DNA of 64,000 bases from a virus: positions 1-64,000 of the IMG/VR virus record IMGVR_UViG_3300048904_000222; one strand, given 5' to 3'. A program made the position numbers and the translations under genes. This document shows positions 8,375-16,187 of this stretch, piece after piece; position 1 is the first letter of the stretch, and each line of letters begins with the position of its first letter. The notes below the pieces were generated by a model, which was not told where the DNA came from, did no database searches, and saw nothing but the letters and a program-made list of their open reading frames with translations.

Positions 8375-8535
8375 TTGTCGAGTTTGTGCAAAATGTCGAA
8401 AAGTACATCCAGGATCGCCGTCAGCACGAGGATGATAGCAATGCCAATGTAGATCGGCGCGTGCACAAGGTCTTGTAGACCAAACCACACAAGCGCACCG
8501 AGCCCTACGGCAATGCAGATGTTAAGAAGTTTCAT
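8371..8535 (-). CDS. Small two-TMD membrane protein (54 aa)
   Basis: Hand-found ORF below the track cut-off: MKLLNICIAVGLGALVWFGLQDLVHAPIYIGIAIILVLTAILDVLFDILHKLDK. GAGG lies upstream of ATG 8535, and the stop overlaps the next start (ATGA). Confidence 0.5.
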   Translation of the reverse strand: MKLLNICIAVGLGALVWFGLQDLVHAPIYIGIAIILVLTAILDVLFDILHKLDK

Positions 8536-8635
8536 TAATTCCTCGTATCAGAATTACAGCGCAGTAATGGTATGCCCGCATACTAGCACGCGGCGCACCC
8601 CGCGCCTTTCTCCATCACTTCTCAAGGTTCATACC

Positions 8636-8935
8636 ATGAAAGCTCTCGTTACCGTCGTGACCAACCCGATCCCGCTGCCCGTCGGCCAAACGCCCGGCCA
8701 ATACCGCCTCACGCTGACGCGCGTGGACGGCACGGTGCCACCGGTGGTTCTCAAGATCGACACCGTCACCGATGCACAGACGTTCGACGGCCTGACGGCT
8801 GGCGATTACACGGTCGAAGCCGCGCGTCTGGCGGCAGACGAATCGGTGATCGGCACGCCTGTCACGACGTCGTTCAACGTGACCGAACAGGCAACGGTCG
8901 ACGTCCCGGCGTCGGTGACCGTCAGCCTGCAATAA
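8636..8935 (+). CDS. Hypothetical beta-rich protein (99 aa), opposite-strand moron
   Basis: Track ORF 8513..8935 trimmed to ATG 8636 (MKALVTVVTNPIPLPVGQTPGQYRLTLTRVDG...). It is the only plus-strand gene in the left arm and is followed by a strong bidirectional terminator. Confidence 0.5.
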   Translation: MKALVTVVTNPIPLPVGQTPGQYRLTLTRVDGTVPPVVLKIDTVTDAQTFDGLTAGDYTVEAARLAADESVIGTPVTTSFNVTEQATVDVPASVTVSLQ

Positions 8936-9088
8936 GTGCCGTGGCTGCGTCGCCTCATCTGGATTGTGTATATCGACCTTAGCGGGTTCGTTCGACACCG
9001 TCCACACTGGCATTGGCACTGCCGGGATGAGAAACACGACGTAAATGTGCCAACGGAAGTTCACGTTTCTGTGAGCTATTCGGAGTAA

Positions 9089-9116
9089 AACAAAGGGGCC
9101 GAAAGGCCCCTTTGTT
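9089..9116. terminator. Bidirectional intrinsic terminator
   Basis: AACAAAGGGGCC-GAAA-GGCCCCTTTGTT is a perfect 12-bp stem flanked by A-run and T-run. Lies between convergent genes ending at 8935 (+) and 9122 (-). Confidence 0.8.
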
Positions 9117-9121
9117 ACGAC

Positions 9122-9550
9122 TTACGGACGGTTAGTAACTCCCGTTCCGCTTTCTGTGATAAACACGTCTGCGCCGACGCGTTCGCTGACCTCGTTGAAC
9201 TTGCTGATCACCACACGTCCGGTGTCCTCGCCGAACTGCTTGGTGAAGATATCGAGATAGATAATGACATCGGCAACTTCCTTCAGGATCTTCGCTTTGA
9301 CGACAGGGTCCAGGTTCTTATAGTCCTGTTCCCGCATGCAGCGCTTGACTTCGTAGCCGTAGTCTCCGCGGCGAGCCTTCTTCAGCTCACTGCACAGTTC
9401 GCCAGCTTCGCCAAGCGCGGCCACGGCCCAATCAGCCGCCGTCCAGTCGCTGCCGTCGGGATAATCGTGCGCCCTGTTGCCTTGACGGTCCTTGAACTGC
9501 GGCAAGCGCAATTCATTGGCGTGGCGCAGTATCGAGAAATCAAGACTCAT
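9122..9550 (-). CDS. mazG: MazG-like nucleoside triphosphate pyrophosphohydrolase
   Basis: Track ORF trimmed to ATG 9550, which has AGGAG 8 nt upstream. 142 aa with LGEAGELCSELKK and KEVADVIIYLD, the EAGE and ExxD helices typical of MazG-family proteins. Confidence 0.7.
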   Translation of the reverse strand: MSLDFSILRHANELRLPQFKDRQGNRAHDYPDGSDWTAADWAVAALGEAGELCSELKKARRGDYGYEVKRCMREQDYKNLDPVVKAKILKEVADVIIYLDIFTKQFGEDTGRVVISKFNEVSERVGADVFITESGTGVTNRP

Positions 9551-9779
9551 TTGGAAACTCCTGAGCAGGAACGTAGGTGACGTCGACATCCTCACCGTCT
9601 TGCAGAACGATAACAGACGTTTCGCCTGCTGCGTTCTTGACGTCGGCATAATAGGACACCGTGTCGTTCGCGCCGAAAACCGGACCGATACGCTGAACTT
9701 CGAATTCGGTCAGTTGTTCGTCGCCGGGGTTGGCAAGGTGCATGAACTTCATGCCCTTGTACATTGCGGAGCCTTTCAT
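9540..9779 (-). CDS. Hypothetical protein (79 aa)
   Basis: Track ORF, tightly packed between neighbouring genes. Confidence 0.45.
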   Translation of the reverse strand: MKGSAMYKGMKFMHLANPGDEQLTEFEVQRIGPVFGANDTVSYYADVKNAAGETSVIVLQDGEDVDVTYVPAQEFPNES

Positions 9780-10126
9780 CAGTCTGCCTCGCCGGGGTTT
9801 GCGGGCTTCTGCGCAACCTTCGCCGCTTCAGCCGCCTGCTTCTGTTGTTCGGCCGCCTGCGCCAGAAGTTCCTGGAACTCCTTGGGGCCAGCGGGTTGCA
9901 TGTCGAATGTGGCATTGCCAGCAGACAGCAGCGAAGCGAAGTAGGCGATGCTGCCGCACACGACGATGTTCGTGATCTTCGACCCGATGGTCAATTCGAG
10001 TTCGACGAGCGGGAACGGTACAGCATTGTCCGTCACCTGCGTGACGTTGTGCACATCCGCCAGACGAATGATCGATTGCGTGAGTTCGCGCCCACGATGA
10101 TACTGCGTAACGACGACATTGGACAT
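9779..10126 (-). CDS. Hypothetical protein (115 aa)
   Basis: Track ORF with a 1-nt overlap with the downstream start. Confidence 0.45.
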   Translation of the reverse strand: MSNVVVTQYHRGRELTQSIIRLADVHNVTQVTDNAVPFPLVELELTIGSKITNIVVCGSIAYFASLLSAGNATFDMQPAGPKEFQELLAQAAEQQKQAAEAAKVAQKPANPGEAD

Positions 10127-10138
10127 ATCTTCTCCTGA

Positions 10139-10396
10139 TTAACGGTAACGGTAATTCGAACGTTCGTCTCGACGTTCAATATCGAACACTTCAACGAACT
10201 GCGCTTGAACCTGAGTCCCTTTCAGACTCGCGGTAATGGTGGCGAACGCATCGTCTCGCTCCGCCGCACTATCGAATTCCATCTGTTCGGATGTTACAGC
10301 AACGATGTGCTGACCAAACGCTTGATGCATTGCGTCTTGGGAGTATGAATGAACGTCATAATGCTGGAACAACACAATGTACCGGATCGGTTTCAT
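10139..10396 (-). CDS. Hypothetical protein (85 aa)
   Basis: Track ORF 10139..10576 trimmed to ATG 10396 (MKPIRYIVLFQHYD...), which overlaps the phosphatase stop (ATGA). Confidence 0.45.
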   Translation of the reverse strand: MKPIRYIVLFQHYDVHSYSQDAMHQAFGQHIVAVTSEQMEFDSAAERDDAFATITASLKGTQVQAQFVEVFDIERRDERSNYRYR

Positions 10397-11085
10397 GCCA
10401 GCTCCCATTTCGTGATGTTGAAGATTGTGAACCGGCCACCTTTCCCGGCACCGGTATCGATGTAAAGCACATTGCCGAGCGCCACGGGCTGCTTTACAGG
10501 CGTGTGGCCTACGAACACTGCGTAAATATTCGCAATCGGCGAGTTCTTCGTAAATTTGATTCTGTCGCGCTCCCAAAGCAGAGCATCCTCCACATGACGG
10601 AACGCTTTACTGGTCAGTTCACCTTTAGCCTTGGTGATAGCAACCCGGCGCAAATCATTCCAGTCGTCGAACGGACATTCGGCGTGCACGATTCCCACAA
10701 CGCCATGCGCCGTATCGAGCTCGATAACGTGCGGAAGGCTGCGAAACGCTTCTGCAACCATTGCGCTATATGCAGGACTGGCTTTAATATTCCAGATGCC
10801 ACCGTTCTTCGCGTAGTTCTCGACGTCCATGTTACCGCTCGGCCAGCGAATTGCCATGTCGTCATGATTACCTCGAACAGCATGGAACCAAGGCTTTTCA
10901 AGCCAATCCAGAACTTGTTCGCTTTCGGGACCGCGGTCAACCAGATCGCCAACACTGAACAAGCGGTCTGCGGCCGGGTTGAAATGAATCTCTGAGAGTT
11001 TCTCTTCCAGCATCGTGAAGCAACCGTGAATGTCCCCAACGACATAGTCGGTGCCAACGGTGTTCTGCTTGAACTCTTTAAACAT
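10393..11085 (-). CDS. Ser/Thr protein phosphatase (lambda PPase / metallophosphoesterase family)
   Basis: 230 aa with the signature motifs GDIHGC, GDLVDRGP and GNHD in canonical order. Confidence 0.85.
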   Translation of the reverse strand: MFKEFKQNTVGTDYVVGDIHGCFTMLEEKLSEIHFNPAADRLFSVGDLVDRGPESEQVLDWLEKPWFHAVRGNHDDMAIRWPSGNMDVENYAKNGGIWNIKASPAYSAMVAEAFRSLPHVIELDTAHGVVGIVHAECPFDDWNDLRRVAITKAKGELTSKAFRHVEDALLWERDRIKFTKNSPIANIYAVFVGHTPVKQPVALGNVLYIDTGAGKGGRFTIFNITKWELA

Positions 11086-11181
11086 CAGTTTCTCCTAAAA
11101 TGTCCGGTGTTTGTCCGACGCGCACCGGCACGCGCCCTTTTCTGGTATGTTGCGCAAGGTACGGATACGCACCAGACCGGA

Positions 11182-11385
11182 CTAATTCATTTTGCGCTCG
11201 CCGCGTTCGAACTCCTCGCGGCCGTCGTAACTCGAGTGAATCCACGTGCCATTGTCGTTCAACTGCGGTTGGCACGCACACGTATGACACTCCGTGTGCG
11301 GCTTCAAATCACCTTGCGGAATAACGTGACATGATCCACGCTCTTCGTCGTAAAAGACGGCCCACCCGGTTACGAGGTCAGCCAC
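11182..11385 (-). CDS. Hypothetical Cys/His-rich protein (67 aa)
   Basis: Track ORF with a GTG start; the start overlaps the upstream ORF by 8 nt. Confidence 0.4.
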   Translation of the reverse strand: MADLVTGWAVFYDEERGSCHVIPQGDLKPHTECHTCACQPQLNDNGTWIHSSYDGREEFERGERKMN

Positions 11386-11551
11386 GTTTCACCTGAGCCT
11401 CGACGAACTTCGTCTGCCACTTGCGATAGGCTTCTTCGAACGTTGCTCCAAGGGCGGAATGCGTTTTACATTCAACGACCCATTGTGCACCATTGAAAGG
11501 GAGGAATGCTTTATCATTCCTTGCACGTGGTTTTATTGATTGGATATTCAT
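11378..11551 (-). CDS. Hypothetical protein (57 aa)
   Basis: Hand-found ORF: MNIQSIKPRARNDKAFLPFNGAQWVVECKTHSALGATFEEAYRKWQTKFVEAQVKRG. ATG 11551 overlaps the upstream stop (ATGA) and the 3' end overlaps the next start, so it is coupled at both ends. Confidence 0.45.
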   Translation of the reverse strand: MNIQSIKPRARNDKAFLPFNGAQWVVECKTHSALGATFEEAYRKWQTKFVEAQVKRG

Positions 11552-11943
11552 GTGATCAATTGTCGGTAGATACCGAGCCCATTTTTAGTTTTCATTGAGC
11601 GTTTAACAGCGATAACGACCTTGTGCTTCTCGCGGTATCGCTTGTCATCGGCAAGACCGCTGGCCCGAGTCTTCTTAGGCATCTCTGCTTCTTTGCCCCA
11701 GCCGATGCGGTACACAATGGCCGCTTTGCCACGCGTCCCACGCTGTCTACGCCAGCGCACACGATAGCACAATTTCTTCTCTCGTAGCGCCTCGAGGGCA
11801 TTGCCAACGGTATTCTTGTGGAGCCCAAGGGCAAAGGCGAGCGGTCCGGCTTCCCAGTCTTTCACAGCCAGCATTTCGAGAACAAGCTCTCGTGTGGTGA
11901 CAAAACGCCCATCGTCGGTTTCGTGTACGTGTGTAGCTGGCAT
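11548..11943 (-). CDS. Winged-helix DNA-binding protein (putative regulator)
   Basis: 131 aa. The segment LAFALGLHKNTVGNALEALREKKLCYRVRW looks like HTH plus wing, and the C-terminus is basic. Confidence 0.45.
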   Translation of the reverse strand: MPATHVHETDDGRFVTTRELVLEMLAVKDWEAGPLAFALGLHKNTVGNALEALREKKLCYRVRWRRQRGTRGKAAIVYRIGWGKEAEMPKKTRASGLADDKRYREKHKVVIAVKRSMKTKNGLGIYRQLIT

Positions 11944-12206
11944 TATGCAAAATCCGAAGCCTTGACTTTTATGTAAGCGACAGGAATCTGTACAACACCT
12001 TCCGCGCCTTGACTTTTGAAATTGTCGATGAAACGACGAGCCAAGTTTTCGTTCCTATTTGCAATAGGACTACTTTTGCGGAAAATAAGAACATTGCGAT
12101 CTGCGTCGACAATCCACCAGAAGTCGACATAAACCATACACAGACCACAAATCGGTTTCTGGATTTCTGCCAGAGGAACCTTCTTCCAGCTGTTCTGGTC
12201 ACTCAT
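11943..12206 (-). CDS. Hypothetical protein (87 aa)
   Basis: Track ORF, tightly packed. Confidence 0.4.
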   Translation of the reverse strand: MSDQNSWKKVPLAEIQKPICGLCMVYVDFWWIVDADRNVLIFRKSSPIANRNENLARRFIDNFKSQGAEGVVQIPVAYIKVKASDFA

Positions 12207-12432
12207 TTCCGATCATCTCCTGAATAACGCACAGCGCGCCGAGGCCAACTGGCCCAAGCTCGTCGAACTGACCCATTGCTTCGCAGGCGATCTTCAGCGC
12301 TTCGATTTGCAGCGGGGTGAGCTGCTTGCACATCGGCGCAAAGAACGACGGCGAAAGTGCATCCTTGATATTCTGCGGCGTATCTGACAATTGCAGGACA
12401 TGCGAAATTGCGTCACGCATATTCAGGATCAT
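12199..12432 (-). CDS. Hypothetical protein (77 aa)
   Basis: Track ORF 12199..12648 trimmed to ATG 12432 (MILNMRDAISHV...), 1 nt after the upstream stop. Confidence 0.4.
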   Translation of the reverse strand: MILNMRDAISHVLQLSDTPQNIKDALSPSFFAPMCKQLTPLQIEALKIACEAMGQFDELGPVGLGALCVIQEMIGNE

Positions 12433-12433
12433 T

Positions 12434-13492
12434 TTAGTGCTCCGCCAATGCAGTGGTGATTTCGCGCAGCGCGGTAAGAATGCGAGCGTCCTTTTTGAGC
12501 GCATGAAGCGCCCATGCCGCCAGCCCGCACGGGTAAGCCGGGCGCACGTTGCCATAATGCTCGCGCAGATACCCTTGGAGCTCCGAGAATTCCTTGATAT
12601 CCGACTCGTGCGTTTCCGAACGTACCGGGTTTGGAAGATGGTGAGCATCTTGTTCCTTCTTTAGCGCGTCCATATGATAGTCCCAGACGGACTTCATCTT
12701 TTCTGCGAACTTCTTCGGCACCATGCGAGCGCTGTTGCCGTCTGGACAGCATTTATGATACTTTTTGTCGATTTCACCAATGCTGCCGCATTCAGGGCAG
12801 AAACGAATGAGTTCTTCTGGCGGCGGCTGTACAAACGTGCCTTGGGTGGGAATTTTTTCACCCTTCTGTGGCAGCGCTTTGTCGGCCGGCTTAAGCTCAC
12901 CAGTTCGAATGTAGCACAGTGCGTCCGACCAGCCACTGCGATAGGCGTTGACGGTATTAGTGGTCACCCGGTGCTCGCGCGGCGGCGCAGGAGGTTCGAC
13001 AACAAACCTGCCGGGGAGAAATTTCTCGGCATTCGGAGGTGCAAACCACTTAACGAACTGTTCGCTGTACGTATAGCCGTTCTCCTCGAGAAACGCAACC
13101 GCAAGCCAATCTTTCTCCCACATTCGCTGGGAATTGTCATCGGCAACCTTCCGAACCAGATCGTCCAGAATCTTGACAGCTTCGGCCCGTTCTTCCTCGA
13201 CCATTGGGCCGCACGAAGCGGCCATGTTGATTGCGCGCCGCAACGTGTCGTAATCGGAAACCGGTGTGAGCGGTTGCTGCGGAAGAATGTCGGCATCACG
13301 CACGTAAGCCTTGGCAACCACTGCATTGTTCTTCGTCAGCCAGTCCGAAAACGGCGTCTCCTTGCCGAACGTCAGGAGAACAATGGCCTCGACATCTTTG
13401 AGCGTTCTGCCAAAAGTCCCCGTCATCGGCCAGAGGCCATCTTCCTTCTTGATAACAACCACATAGCCGAACGAGATCATGAAATTCTCCAT
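12434..13492 (-). CDS. Hypothetical protein (352 aa) with zinc-ribbon-like CPECG...CCPDG
   Basis: Long track ORF with protein-like composition. The opposite-strand ORF 12674..13549 is Arg-rich shadow. Confidence 0.6.
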   Translation of the reverse strand: MENFMISFGYVVVIKKEDGLWPMTGTFGRTLKDVEAIVLLTFGKETPFSDWLTKNNAVVAKAYVRDADILPQQPLTPVSDYDTLRRAINMAASCGPMVEEERAEAVKILDDLVRKVADDNSQRMWEKDWLAVAFLEENGYTYSEQFVKWFAPPNAEKFLPGRFVVEPPAPPREHRVTTNTVNAYRSGWSDALCYIRTGELKPADKALPQKGEKIPTQGTFVQPPPEELIRFCPECGSIGEIDKKYHKCCPDGNSARMVPKKFAEKMKSVWDYHMDALKKEQDAHHLPNPVRSETHESDIKEFSELQGYLREHYGNVRPAYPCGLAAWALHALKKDARILTALREITTALAEH

Positions 13493-13734
13493 AATATGTG
13501 GGAAGTACGCGTCTTTTCGTCGTACCAGCCAAACCGATCATATTTCTGAATGCTGTAGAGTTCCGGCAAGCAATCCGCCGGTATGTTCATGCAGTATGCC
13601 GCAAACATGCGGGTAACGAGTTGTGTCCGAACTTTGCCAGAAACTTCCTCGTCTGGTAACTCCCTGTACGCAAACGTTACGCGTAACGGCGCAGTACGAA
13701 TCTGTACGTCCGAACTTTCTCGTTGCGCACCCAT
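13477..13734 (-). CDS. Hypothetical protein (up to 85 aa; start uncertain)
   Basis: Track ORF. It overlaps the upstream gene by 58 nt, so an internal start (MFAAYCM...) is possible. Confidence 0.35.
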   Translation of the reverse strand: MGAQRESSDVQIRTAPLRVTFAYRELPDEEVSGKVRTQLVTRMFAAYCMNIPADCLPELYSIQKYDRFGWYDEKTRTSHILWRIS

Positions 13735-13964
13735 ACCAGTTCGCCCTCCACGGCAAGTTTTCGTACTTCCGATTTCAATGCGGTCGGCATGCGCAGCGTC
13801 ATTTGCGCTGTGAACACGCTGAGATTCGTAATCAAATCCACTAGCTTTCCCACACGCTGGCGGCCGGTTTCAAGTTCGTAGATCTCGAGGTGAAATTTCG
13901 GGTCCTCGGTTGTTACAAGCCGCAATTTAGCGGCCTGCAACTGCTCCCAACCGCCCGTACTCAT
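13677..13964 (-). CDS. Hypothetical protein (95 aa)
   Basis: Track ORF; the start overlaps the upstream stop by 4 nt. Confidence 0.45.
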   Translation of the reverse strand: MSTGGWEQLQAAKLRLVTTEDPKFHLEIYELETGRQRVGKLVDLITNLSVFTAQMTLRMPTALKSEVRKLAVEGELVWVRNEKVRTYRFVLRRYA

Positions 13965-14797
13965 TCAATTCTCTCGAATACGATTTTGACTTCCGAGCAA
14001 AACACGGCCGCTTTCGCGCCAACCGGCATTGCCATGGCGTAGGCCACAAATTGCGGCCTAATCTTCAGCATGCGCTGAGCCATGGTGATGGGCATCCGAG
14101 AAATTTCGCCCAAACTGACGGCAGTCAAGGATTCTTCGAAGATAATTCGGAAATATCTGCGGACAATCGGCGGTTCTACGTCGATTTTGATGTTCGCGTC
14201 GCCAATTTTCTTTCCGCTATCGTCGAAATGCTCGAATGTAAGGTGCGATCCGGGCCGGTTTGGCAGAACGTGTTCGCCTTTGGTGAGCACGGCGGGGCCA
14301 CCACGGACAGCAGCGTCTTCGGCTTCCAACTTTTCGTTGTATTCGCGCGAATTGTAACGTTCGCTGCCATAGCCGCCAGCCAGCCACGCCTGCGCGTACC
14401 GCTTCGTACGAATCGCCCGACGAAGCATCAGGGTGCGCTCCGCATCGTCCACGGGAATCTGCACCACCGTACCCGCACCACCAGTCCGAGCGGACTCGAT
14501 AATGCCCGCTGCGATTGCGAGATCTTTCTCAGCTAGATTTGTGTCGATCAGATTTTCTGCAACGCGGTCCGCATCACAAAAGTCCGCGTCGCAGTAGTCC
14601 TTGAAAGTTTTGAATTGCGGATCGCTGATTTGCATCGACGGATTCTTGACCCGGTGCGATTCGTCAACAACGCGGTCGCGCTGTTCTTCGCGAATTCTCG
14701 CCCGCCAAGCCTCTGCCAACGAAATGCCCGGCCGGGCGATAGGTGTCCAGCCTTCGAACATCTTGGATAGAAACTTGGCAACGCTCTTCTTTTTCAT
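13961..14797 (-). CDS. Hypothetical protein (278 aa)
   Basis: Long track ORF with protein-like composition. Confidence 0.55.
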   Translation of the reverse strand: MKKKSVAKFLSKMFEGWTPIARPGISLAEAWRARIREEQRDRVVDESHRVKNPSMQISDPQFKTFKDYCDADFCDADRVAENLIDTNLAEKDLAIAAGIIESARTGGAGTVVQIPVDDAERTLMLRRAIRTKRYAQAWLAGGYGSERYNSREYNEKLEAEDAAVRGGPAVLTKGEHVLPNRPGSHLTFEHFDDSGKKIGDANIKIDVEPPIVRRYFRIIFEESLTAVSLGEISRMPITMAQRMLKIRPQFVAYAMAMPVGAKAAVFCSEVKIVFERIE

Positions 14798-14813
14798 TCT
14801 CGATCTCGTGTGG

Positions 14814-15023
14814 TTAGTACCGGCTTGGTTTGCGAAGGTCGATCGAAATAACGCCAGCCTTTACCCTGCGTTTATATGCGCGAAGGTTAATTCGCTCGAT
14901 TTTCTTTTCTGTCGACCACCATTCATGCAGGTACATCAGCGTCGGGATTGCAACGGCAAAGCATCCGGCAATTGCCATGGCGATGTACGCGATTAATGTC
15001 CAGTCGATATTAGTGCATTGCAT
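14814..15023 (-). CDS. Small membrane protein (69 aa, one TMD)
   Basis: TMD WTLIAYIAMAIAGCFAVAIPTLMYL followed by a basic tail. Confidence 0.45.
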   Translation of the reverse strand: MQCTNIDWTLIAYIAMAIAGCFAVAIPTLMYLHEWWSTEKKIERINLRAYKRRVKAGVISIDLRKPSRY

Positions 15024-15035
15024 AATGGCCTCCGG

Positions 15036-15263
15036 TTAGGACACTCGCATAACGTCGATTCCGACGGCAACGTCGCCCTGCGTGTACGAAAGGATCATGA
15101 GTCGTTTATTGCCCGGGAGCATATTGCGCAGGATACCTGTATCCTCGGACGACAGGCGAAACGTCAGAATGATATCGTAATACGACAACGCCATGAGGGA
15201 GGGTGCGGGCAGATTCGGCCGCACGATACGAACATCGTAGACGCGTTTAGCGAAATCGTTCAT
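15036..15263 (-). CDS. Hypothetical protein (75 aa)
   Basis: Track ORF; the ATG overlaps the upstream stop (ATGA). Confidence 0.4.
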   Translation of the reverse strand: MNDFAKRVYDVRIVRPNLPAPSLMALSYYDIILTFRLSSEDTGILRNMLPGNKRLMILSYTQGDVAVGIDVMRVS

Positions 15264-15409
15264 TTCGCACCACCCTTGTCAAGCGCGGCAGCGATCGCCT
15301 GCTGCAATTCCCGGCGAAGTGATTCCACATGCGTGTACGGACCGCCATACAGCCGGGCCATTTCGCGTCTAGCCTTGCGCTTGTAGAAGCGACGTTGACG
15401 TGCATTCAT
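15260..15409 (-). CDS. Hypothetical basic protein (49 aa)
   Basis: Hand-found ORF: MNARQRRFYKRKARREMARLYGGPYTHVESLRRELQQAIAAALDKGGAK. ATGA overlaps at both ends couple it to its neighbours. Confidence 0.4.
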   Translation of the reverse strand: MNARQRRFYKRKARREMARLYGGPYTHVESLRRELQQAIAAALDKGGAK

Positions 15410-15615
15410 GCCAACCTCTTAATCCAGAGCTGCATGCCCGTATCCAGCTTGAAAGCGATGCTTTCGCTGACCTGCAACGCACGTAGCACCGTCTGCATGT
15501 CGGACGAAATTCGAAACAGTGCGCGGATCTCCGAGTAGCTCAGGTAAGGCATCTCGAAATTTTCCTGCCCGTCGCGTTTGAGCTCAATTCCGTAGCGCGT
15601 AATATCGTTCATCAT
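15406..15615 (-). CDS. Hypothetical protein (69 aa)
   Basis: Track ORF 15406..15672 trimmed to ATG 15615, which overlaps the upstream stop (ATGA). Confidence 0.4.
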   Translation of the reverse strand: MMNDITRYGIELKRDGQENFEMPYLSYSEIRALFRISSDMQTVLRALQVSESIAFKLDTGMQLWIKRLA

Positions 15616-15932
15616 GAGATCCTCTGGTAGGTGACGGACAGGCGCAGCACATTGTTCGACCATCCACCGCATTCGTACACCTTCATGTTGTAAATGTCTT
15701 CTTGAACCATGCCATTAATGGCGAACAGTTCCCACAACACCCAGCCCGGCACGCCTCGCATGCGGTTGTCCGTGGTGTGCATGTAGGTTGTGCCAGCCAA
15801 GTTAGAAATCTGGACGTTATACCACGCGTTGTGCACGGCAAGCGGACACGGCGGGCGGCCGGTGCTGCTGTACTGGTTAGACGGCTTGGCGGAAGTGTCC
15901 GGCGTGGAAGGCGGGTTGTTCTGGCTCGACAT
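15612..15932 (-). CDS. Hypothetical protein (106 aa), first gene of the leftward operon
   Basis: Track ORF, followed upstream by a divergent intergenic region. Confidence 0.45.
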   Translation of the reverse strand: MSSQNNPPSTPDTSAKPSNQYSSTGRPPCPLAVHNAWYNVQISNLAGTTYMHTTDNRMRGVPGWVLWELFAINGMVQEDIYNMKVYECGGWSNNVLRLSVTYQRIS

Positions 15933-15998
15933 TTTGTCCTCAGATCAGATTTGGTAGGCAGACTTAGTATAACACAGCGCTTAGGAGGTAGGGCGGGT

Positions 15999-16178
15999 AT
16001 GACTGGAATAAGATGCAGAGTGTATCCAATAATGATGCGGAACATTGAACTGGTCCAAGGCTACGCGGAGGCAAGGAAATATCAGCTGGATTTGGGTCGA
16101 TGGCCCTGCCCTATTCTTTTCGTTCCAGAGATAGGTCGGGTCTATCGGGCGATAGTCTCAGGCTTTCGCACTGATTAA
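15999..16178 (+). CDS. Hypothetical protein (59 aa), first rightward gene
   Basis: C-terminal part of track ORF 15702..16178. The ATG at 15999 is preceded by AGGAGG. Product MTGIRCRVYPIMMRNIELVQGYAEARKYQLDLGRWPCPILF... Confidence 0.4.
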   Translation: MTGIRCRVYPIMMRNIELVQGYAEARKYQLDLGRWPCPILFVPEIGRVYRAIVSGFRTD

Positions 16179-16187
16179 TTGATAGAC

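Noticed and set aside
8615-9064. 149-aa minus-strand ORF overlapping 8636..8935
   Set aside because: It is antisense to a better-looking plus-strand ORF, is Arg/His/Asp-rich, and starts with GTG without an RBS inside the terminator-proximal region.
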